In this document: piece after piece, positions 57,227-64,000 of the stretch | Numbering within the stretch: the stretch's first letter is position 1 | How the letters are laid out: each line of letters begins with the position of its first letter | Source: an uncultured virus (IMG/VR IMGVR_UViG_3300021376_000011) | Lineage: Duplodnaviria; Heunggongvirae; Uroviricota; Caudoviricetes | DNA length: 64,000 nt | Virus record (IMG/VR): IMGVR_UViG_3300021376_000011 | Direction: 5' to 3' (one strand) | Made by a program: the position numbers and the translations under genes | The notes under the pieces: generated by a model | What the model saw: only the letters and a program-made list of their open reading frames with translations | What the model was told of the DNA's origin: nothing | Database searches by the model: none

Positions 57227-57846
57227 AATAATTGTTCTAATGCTGTTTGGTAATCATTTTCTTTCATTATATGGTAGTGAGCATTTAATCCTTTAAGAAA
57301 TGAAAAATGTTCTACTGTAGTGTAATGGATATTAATATTAGATAGAAATGATTTTAATCTATTTGTCAAATATTCAACGTCTACTTCTCTATAAGCTGCA
57401 TATCCATTTACGTTAACATGTACCTCAATGTTTGTAATGTTTTGTTCAACTATGGTTTTAAGAGATTCCCAAACACTACCTTCAGCACACTCACCATCAC
57501 TTAATAACACATATACTTTTCTATTTAGATTAGCAATTGCTCTTCCTAGGGCAATAGTAATACCTAAACCCAAACTACCTGTTGAGCAACATATACCCGC
57601 TTCTTCATCCCAATGTGGGTGTCCACCATGTTTTAAAAATAATGCTTCAGCATCTTGTCCTCTATATTTTTCCAAGCAAACGTATAATGCTAATGCGGCA
57701 TGGCCTGATGATAAGATGAATATATCATCTTTATTCATTTTTTGATAGATACTATCAATTATTTCTAGTGCTGAGAAATAACTACCAAGATGACCTAATT
57801 TATGTTTATAGGCGATTTCAACTATTCGTTTCTTTAGCTCTACCAT
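57223..57846 (-). CDS. Transketolase-like, ThDP-binding subunit
   Basis: GHLGSYFS, FILSSGH, GGHP, STGSLG, SDGECAEGSVWE. Confidence 0.88.
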   Translation of the reverse strand: MVELKKRIVEIAYKHKLGHLGSYFSALEIIDSIYQKMNKDDIFILSSGHAALALYVCLEKYRGQDAEALFLKHGGHPHWDEEAGICCSTGSLGLGITIALGRAIANLNRKVYVLLSDGECAEGSVWESLKTIVEQNITNIEVHVNVNGYAAYREVDVEYLTNRLKSFLSNINIHYTTVEHFSFLKGLNAHYHIMKENDYQTALEQLL

Positions 57847-58787
57847 ATAAATTTATTTTTATAATATTCTACTATTTTTATTATTTCATCATCAAAATTT
57901 TTCAATGGTGTCCAACCTAATGACCTCATTTTAGAATCGTTTAATGAATATCTCATATCCATACCGGGTCTGGAATATGTTAAATCAATAAAATCATTTG
58001 GGTCGTCTTTACCATGGTAAATTTTCACTATTTTACTCACGGTTTCGTAATTTGTCTGTTCGTAATTTGATGAGATATTAAAAATCTCATTTACTCTATT
58101 TGAATTTATTATTGTTATTACGGCCCTTGCAGTATCTTCAGCGTGTAACCAATTTCTAATTGGGAAACCATTGTTATGTAAAGGTATTTTTCTACCTAAT
58201 ATTAGATATTTGCAAGTTTTTGGTATAAGTTTTTCAACGTATTGACCAACACCATAATTGTTTGTTGGTCGAATAATTACATATGGTAAGTTATACGTCC
58301 TACCCCACGCAACTATTAATTGGTCTGCGGCTGATTTGGTTGCAGAATAAGGATTACTTGGTTTTAAGATATCATCTTCATTGTGTTCACCATTAAGTAT
58401 ATCACCATATACCTCATCGGTACTAAAATGTAATAAAACAGGTGTCTTTGACGTTTCTAAACGATATGTTCTAATTAATTCCAATAAATTATGGACACCA
58501 TTAATATTACTTGAGACAAATTCATTACTATTTGATATTGAATTACCAACGTGGGTTTCTGCTGCGGTATTAATCACATAGTCACAATCATATAAAAATT
58601 TTAAATCATTAATATCACTTTTAACAAATGTGAAATTTTTATATTCATTAAATTCTTTTAATAATTCTTTATTTGATGCATATGTCATTTTATCAACACC
58701 CATAACATACCACCCTAAATTCAGACATTCTCTTGTAATATGAGAACCAATAAAACCTAAACAACCTGTTATGTAAACTACCTTCAT
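57840..58787 (-). CDS. NDP-glucose 4,6-dehydratase (RmlB-like)
   Basis: TGCLGFIGS, DKMTYA, AAETHV, STDEVYG, PYSATK, NNYG...EKLIP. Confidence 0.9.
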   Translation of the reverse strand: MKVVYITGCLGFIGSHITRECLNLGWYVMGVDKMTYASNKELLKEFNEYKNFTFVKSDINDLKFLYDCDYVINTAAETHVGNSISNSNEFVSSNINGVHNLLELIRTYRLETSKTPVLLHFSTDEVYGDILNGEHNEDDILKPSNPYSATKSAADQLIVAWGRTYNLPYVIIRPTNNYGVGQYVEKLIPKTCKYLILGRKIPLHNNGFPIRNWLHAEDTARAVITIINSNRVNEIFNISSNYEQTNYETVSKIVKIYHGKDDPNDFIDLTYSRPGMDMRYSLNDSKMRSLGWTPLKNFDDEIIKIVEYYKNKFIW

Positions 58788-59926
58788 TAATTAAAAAATT
58801 TTATAATTTTATCTGTCACGTAATCAACATCATCAATATTCATCCCATGGTGTGCACCAAGTAAAAACCCATTTCTCATAATCATGTCTGAGTTTTTAAA
58901 TGACTTTAAATAATTTCTATACGCTGGATGTCTTGTAACATTACCAGCAAAAGTTACTCTTGTTTGTATATTATTTTCCTCTAAGAAATGAAGTAAATCG
59001 TACCTGTACTCACTTTGTAGTGGGATAGCCAACCAATTGGGTTTTATTGAATCATCGGGTAAAATAATGTCACCAACACCTCTTAAATTATTAATGTATC
59101 TTTCTATATTATTTCGTCTTATTTGTTCAAAATTTTTAAATCTATCTAATTGTACTAAACCAAATGCCGCATTCATTTCCGAACTTTTAAAATTATAACC
59201 CAACACCGAATACAAGAATTTGTGGTCGTAAGGAATTCCGTCAACAGAATGGTTAAATCTGTCAGACATTATTTCAGAATTATCTCCTAACCTTCCCCAA
59301 TCTCTGTATTGTAAGCATACGTCTCTTAATTTGGTGTCATTGAACATAACCATACCCCCCGAACCACCAGCTGTAATCACATGACTAGCGTAAAAACTTG
59401 TTGTTGAGATGTCCGATTCTAATGTGTGAGTTATAGTGTCAGCAGAATCCTCAATTAAAATAATATCCCCTCTACCAATTTCGATTAAACATTCTTTTAA
59501 TAATTTCCAATTGGGTTTGTTACCAATAAGATTTGGTAGCATAATGACTTTAACTTCATTATCAACCAAAGAAATTATTTCACTTACAGTTGGTACATAA
59601 GAGTTTATACCAACATCACAAAATACAGGTATTAAACCTAATTGAATTATAGGTGCTAAAGTTGTTGAAAATGTACAAGAGGGTGTAATCACCTTAGTTC
59701 CCTTGTTTAATTGTAAACAAGCTAATGATAATAAACAGGCGGACGAACCGCTGTTCACAAAAACACCGAATTTTTTACCAAAAAAACGACTAATTCTTTC
59801 TTCAAATTCAATCGTTTTAGGTCCAAATCCGGCAATCCAACCATCTCTTAAACAATTAACAACCGCTTGTATTTCCTCCTCACCATATGACTCAAACTTA
59901 TTAGGTGCGTACCATATTTTTTTCAT
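58787..59926 (-). CDS. DegT/DnrJ-fold PLP enzyme, likely NDP-4-keto-6-deoxyhexose 3-dehydratase (DdhC/RfbH-like)
   Basis: FVNSGSSA, IEDSAD, SFYASHVIT (His where aminotransferases have Lys), RDWGR, YDHKF, TRVTFAGN. Confidence 0.8.
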   Translation of the reverse strand: MKKIWYAPNKFESYGEEEIQAVVNCLRDGWIAGFGPKTIEFEERISRFFGKKFGVFVNSGSSACLLSLACLQLNKGTKVITPSCTFSTTLAPIIQLGLIPVFCDVGINSYVPTVSEIISLVDNEVKVIMLPNLIGNKPNWKLLKECLIEIGRGDIILIEDSADTITHTLESDISTTSFYASHVITAGGSGGMVMFNDTKLRDVCLQYRDWGRLGDNSEIMSDRFNHSVDGIPYDHKFLYSVLGYNFKSSEMNAAFGLVQLDRFKNFEQIRRNNIERYINNLRGVGDIILPDDSIKPNWLAIPLQSEYRYDLLHFLEENNIQTRVTFAGNVTRHPAYRNYLKSFKNSDMIMRNGFLLGAHHGMNIDDVDYVTDKIIKFFN

Positions 59927-59935
59927 AATGTTTTT

Positions 59936-60781
59936 TTACATCCAACCTAATTGAATAAATCTCATGTGGTTGTCGTCAATATTTTGATTCCTGTGTATGT
60001 TACAACCCTCGATACCTTCGTGTGTTGTATGTCTGATTACTGGAAATGTGGTGACACCACCTTTTTCTCTCCATTGTTCAATGGTGATAAGTGGTTCTTC
60101 GTCACTGTAAAATCTAACCAATTTCTTAAATCCATGTTTACCCATGTATGCAGAAAATGATACGTCATCATTCCATGATACGTCCATAAACTCCTTATAT
60201 AAATCATCTTGGAAAAAATATCTTTGATAAGAAATTGTTTTATAGTGTTGTAAAAATTTTACATACACGTCTTTATAAACGGAAACAACAAAAGTGTTTC
60301 TAACATCATCAAAATCACTCGGGTTCTCACATCTACTTCCATCATATCCACAAGCGGTGTCAGTATAGGTTTCTTGATTTTTAACTTGTTCTTCAACCAT
60401 CTTGGGGTGATAAACTAAATCATCATCACATACAATCAAAATAGCGTCTCTTTCGGTAACTCTTTTTAAGGTGGGAACTAACTTTGTCATAGTACCTAAA
60501 TCATCTAAACCTTCAAAAATTTTAAATTTAGGATGTTGTTGTGACAACTCTTTCATCCATTCTGGTATAACGTAAGGTTCACCGGTTAATTTACTTACAG
60601 ACGGTACGTTTAAATGTATTTCATATTCACCATTATATTCTTGTTCTATTAATGATTTAATATTACTTTTTATCCCTGTATCATATTCCGCCGAAAGTCT
60701 TGATGGGATTGTTGTTAATGTTACGATAACTCTTCTCTTATGTTTCATAATTAAATTTTTAATTGTATTCAGAATTGACAT
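59936..60781 (-). CDS. Glycosyltransferase (GT-A-like)
   Basis: VTLTTIPSR, DLGTMTKL, IVCDDDLVY, NDD. Confidence 0.7.
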   Translation of the reverse strand: MSILNTIKNLIMKHKRRVIVTLTTIPSRLSAEYDTGIKSNIKSLIEQEYNGEYEIHLNVPSVSKLTGEPYVIPEWMKELSQQHPKFKIFEGLDDLGTMTKLVPTLKRVTERDAILIVCDDDLVYHPKMVEEQVKNQETYTDTACGYDGSRCENPSDFDDVRNTFVVSVYKDVYVKFLQHYKTISYQRYFFQDDLYKEFMDVSWNDDVSFSAYMGKHGFKKLVRFYSDEEPLITIEQWREKGGVTTFPVIRHTTHEGIEGCNIHRNQNIDDNHMRFIQLGWM

Positions 60782-60784
60782 AAT

Positions 60785-61636
60785 TTATTTTTGAGTGTAA
60801 ATTTTATTGTTATTTTGGGTAAATTCATCAAAAATTCTATCATGCATATAACCCATATGGTGACCGCATTGAGCTCTAAACTCATTAAATCCCGAATCAG
60901 GAAATAATATCTGTCTTACGATTGGGAAAGAATGTGAACCTCTTCCATTATTGTTTACAGACCTCCAGTCCGTCTCATTTTCCCAAGTTGCAACAATATA
61001 TGGTCTTTCCCTTAATCTAAAATAATAACCTGTTAATACATCATCATTTGTTGCCATGGATAAAAATGATTCATCCATAAAATCATCACTAAAGTAATTT
61101 CTTAGATAAGATACCGAATGCCAATGACCGGGTTGAATAACTTGACCATCGTATTTTATTGGGAAATAAAAATGTGTAGGACTTAAGGTATATTTAACAA
61201 TACCATCACTGTCTAACCACTCTCTTTTTTCAATACAATTATCACCCCTGAAACAAATCATAGCTTCAGGGTATTGAGACATCTTTTTTAAATGGTATTC
61301 TAACATGTCTTCGTGGTAAACATGGTCATCATCACAAACAATCATTATGTCGTCGGGATTTGTGATATAGAGTAACGCTCCTGTAATTTTAACCACGGGA
61401 CCATAATCTTTCTCAACGCGATTAATTATTAATTTAGAATTTTTATTTACAAAATCAATTAAGTCATTTGAGATGATGTATTCTTCATCGTTATTATTTT
61501 TATACTTGTATGGTATATTTAACAATACTTTGTAATCTTTATCTGTCTTCTGATTCAAAAGAGAGGTCAGATTTTCTTTAAATGAATCCCAAAGATTTAT
61601 TCTTTTAGGTACTGTTGTAAGTGAAATGTAAATCAT
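60785..61636 (-). CDS. Glycosyltransferase (GT-A-like), paralog of the neighbouring gene
   Basis: ISLTTVPKR, DYGPVVK, IVCDDDHVY, NDD. Confidence 0.7.
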   Translation of the reverse strand: MIYISLTTVPKRINLWDSFKENLTSLLNQKTDKDYKVLLNIPYKYKNNNDEEYIISNDLIDFVNKNSKLIINRVEKDYGPVVKITGALLYITNPDDIMIVCDDDHVYHEDMLEYHLKKMSQYPEAMICFRGDNCIEKREWLDSDGIVKYTLSPTHFYFPIKYDGQVIQPGHWHSVSYLRNYFSDDFMDESFLSMATNDDVLTGYYFRLRERPYIVATWENETDWRSVNNNGRGSHSFPIVRQILFPDSGFNEFRAQCGHHMGYMHDRIFDEFTQNNNKIYTQK

Positions 61637-61637
61637 G

Positions 61638-62423
61638 TTATAGTTTGTTTATTAATTTTATAAAATCTAAAGAATGTTCGGGTCTATTTAAATCGTTTTT
61701 TCTATCATATTCGGGATTTGGGTAATTGTTCATATCTAAATCAACTTTTTTACCACTTTTAAAAGTGTCTAAAAATCTACTTAGAGTCGACTTATTATTC
61801 GCGACCAGTGTTTTATTTATGAACGTCATTTCCAATATGTGTGGTAAAGTAATATCAAGTCCATATTCTGAGTATGGAGATGAACCCGCATAATTGTTAC
61901 AATGAATATGACAATGATAAAAATATTCGTTAATTTTTTTAAGTACGTCAAAATACTCTTGTAGTAATCTTGGGTTGTCAATTGGGTGAAACTCCACAAC
62001 AATTCCCGTTACGATTTCTGATAATCTTTTTATATCAGAATTTAAAAAGAAGGGGAATTCTGCACCCTCAATATCCATTTTTAAAAAAACTTGTTCTTTA
62101 ATGCCACTCTGTTCATAGTGAGCAAAGAATGTATCTAAATCGGTTTCTTTTTGGTAAGACAAACCCTCTTTTTTAAACACCATTAGGTGTTGTAAATCAT
62201 GAGGAATACCCGCACCTTCCACTGTGTGGTCATATGAGAATGAAGGTTTATTAGTTTTTCTTACGTAATCAATTTCAAATGAAATATCAGAACCAACTCC
62301 ATAAGAGAATAATGCTGCACTTGAATCTAATATTATTTGGGGAGCAACATAACCACCATCCCATTCATTTCCCAATCTAACTTTGGGTGACTTAACGTCG
62401 TATAATTTTAATTGCTCAATCAT
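61638..62423 (-). CDS. FkbM-like/Methyltransf_22 SAM-dependent methyltransferase
   Basis: RLGNEWDGGY, SYGVGSDISFE, LKMDIEGAE, VVEFH. Confidence 0.8.
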   Translation of the reverse strand: MIEQLKLYDVKSPKVRLGNEWDGGYVAPQIILDSSAALFSYGVGSDISFEIDYVRKTNKPSFSYDHTVEGAGIPHDLQHLMVFKKEGLSYQKETDLDTFFAHYEQSGIKEQVFLKMDIEGAEFPFFLNSDIKRLSEIVTGIVVEFHPIDNPRLLQEYFDVLKKINEYFYHCHIHCNNYAGSSPYSEYGLDITLPHILEMTFINKTLVANNKSTLSRFLDTFKSGKKVDLDMNNYPNPEYDRKNDLNRPEHSLDFIKLINKL

Positions 62424-62440
62424 TTTTTCTTTATCTTTAA

Positions 62441-63070
62441 TTATAGTAATCCCATTTTTTCAAAAAAATCAAATAGTCTATCTCTATCAGTTATATGTAC
62501 TTCACCATCTGACCATTCTTTTACCATGTAACCTTCGTTATCACAGTATAATGAATGTACATCAATGTATGGGTAGTTATTTTCTTTACATTTTTCTTTT
62601 AATAAATCATTTATTTTTTGAACGTAACGTAATCTATCACTGTCTAATCCAATTACAGGGTATTGTTCTTGGAATCGACTATGGTCATAATTACCTGTGA
62701 GATACCTTATTGTGGGAACGACACTCATTATTGCAATTTCATGATAATTTGCGTTTTTAATTGATTCAAAATAGTTTGAAACTAATGTGTTTATTACTTC
62801 ATCTTCATTTCTACCGTTCACATTAATCTGATTCCATAAATGACATCGACAATCTATTTCACCAAACGCCAACACCCACAAACCTTCTCTTGAAACTTCA
62901 CCTCTCGGAATGTAATAGTTATCAAAGTTTTCTTCTAAACCATCTCTACCAACTCTATGCATGGTTATTGGTCCAACGTTTAGTGTCCCTATTTTTGGGT
63001 GACCAATATGAAAAGTGTTTGAATGCGAATCACCGATTACCCATATTTTTTCATATTTTTTATAATTCAC
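62441..63070 (-). CDS. SGNH/GDSL hydrolase-like protein
   Basis: IGDSHS, FGEIDCR, DGEVH. Confidence 0.75.
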   Translation of the reverse strand: MNYKKYEKIWVIGDSHSNTFHIGHPKIGTLNVGPITMHRVGRDGLEENFDNYYIPRGEVSREGLWVLAFGEIDCRCHLWNQINVNGRNEDEVINTLVSNYFESIKNANYHEIAIMSVVPTIRYLTGNYDHSRFQEQYPVIGLDSDRLRYVQKINDLLKEKCKENNYPYIDVHSLYCDNEGYMVKEWSDGEVHITDRDRLFDFFEKMGLL

Positions 63071-63978
63071 TATAAAAGTTTATCTAAGTTTATTAATTCA
63101 TCAACAAATAGTTTTGAATAAGAATCTAATCTTGAATTTTCCTCATACCATTTTCTACCATTTTGACCAATAAATTCTACCAATTTCGGTTTGTTTTTTA
63201 ATTCTTCAAATTTTTCAATATAAGCGTTCGCTAATCTGGGAAAATCAGACAAATCATCACAATCAACTTTAGCATAATGATAATTAGGAATCAATTTATT
63301 ATGATATTGAATAGCTAATTCAGGTCTTATAACCGCACAACCCAAACCCATACCGTCAATTAAACGACCTGATATTTCTACCACTGAGTTTACGTCCATA
63401 ATGATAGAATATTGTGAAAGTTCTATCATAAATTCATCACCCGTTAACCTATCGGGATAAAAAATGTTAAACCTATCATCAAAATGTCTCAAGTATTCCC
63501 TAAACGGGGCATTACCACCTCTTAAAAACAATTTTTCGGGTATTTTCCTATCGACCCTATTGTATAACTTTTCAATTTCAATCATACCACTTTTAAAATA
63601 TGTTGACATGGTACACGGTGTGTAGACATATTCCAAACAATTTTTTTTATACCCCTCTTCATCGGTACAATCAAATGGTATCATTGGTTTATAATGTACG
63701 ACATCAAAATTAATGCCCACAGGTTGAAACACATCAACACAATTATCTAAATCCCAACCCCAAGGCGATTCGCCCTTTGTTATATAATACCCCCTATCGC
63801 AATACGATATTATCATAAACTTTCCCGTTTTTGGATTTTTTATGACAGGTGTGGCAATACCATATGCGGGGCAACAACAATCTTTGTTTATTAATCTTGT
63901 ATTAATTGGTATGAATTCAATTTCTGGATATTTTTTAATTAAACTTCTAAGAATTTCTATGGGACATATTTGATGCAT
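63070..63978 (-). CDS. Glycosyltransferase-like protein (CAP10/GT90-like C-terminus)
   Basis: KLFLRG, LIPNYHY, FIGQNGRKWYE. Confidence 0.55.
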   Translation of the reverse strand: MHQICPIEILRSLIKKYPEIEFIPINTRLINKDCCCPAYGIATPVIKNPKTGKFMIISYCDRGYYITKGESPWGWDLDNCVDVFQPVGINFDVVHYKPMIPFDCTDEEGYKKNCLEYVYTPCTMSTYFKSGMIEIEKLYNRVDRKIPEKLFLRGGNAPFREYLRHFDDRFNIFYPDRLTGDEFMIELSQYSIIMDVNSVVEISGRLIDGMGLGCAVIRPELAIQYHNKLIPNYHYAKVDCDDLSDFPRLANAYIEKFEELKNKPKLVEFIGQNGRKWYEENSRLDSYSKLFVDELINLDKLL

Positions 63979-64000
63979 ATATTCTACACCATCGTATGTA

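Overview
An AT-rich 64-kb segment of a large T4-like (jumbo/huge) phage genome. The host is probably in Bacteroidota, inferred from TAnnTTTG promoters, SD-less A-rich starts and a Bacteroidota-type lipoprotein. The window has five parts. (1) 0-18 kb: virion-associated and nucleotide/glycan genes, including WYL, glycosyltransferases, dUTPase, PhoH, a gp55-like sigma factor, baseplate-like proteins and dCMP deaminase. (2) 18.5-31.3 kb: the head module (gp23 capsid, scaffold, gp21 protease, gp20 portal, gp17 terminase) with an oppositely oriented ribosomal protein bS21 gene. (3) 31-45.5 kb: a translation/RNA-control island with a Clp ATPase, a PNK-Rnl1-receiver RNA-repair trio, 4 intact tRNAs plus relics, an RNase H-like YkuK, a tmRNA split by a group I intron and a free-standing endonuclease. 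(4) 45.5-51 kb: probable head-packaged membrane-active proteins. (5) 52.5-64 kb: a nucleotide-sugar/glycosyltransferase cluster. The best candidates for undescribed biology are non-coding. One is an array of four scaffold-conserved, loop-variable structured RNAs directly behind a 690-aa TerD-like protein; one loop is a 23/24 antisense match to the capsid mRNA terminator. Another is a late small RNA carrying a 16-nt complement to the Bacteroidota-type 16S rRNA 3' end, with an apparent trans-antisense partner 11 kb away. A third is a leader-peptide 1:2/2:3/3:4 attenuator in front of the tRNA cluster. All family assignments come from motif recognition by eye; no searches or folding programs were run.
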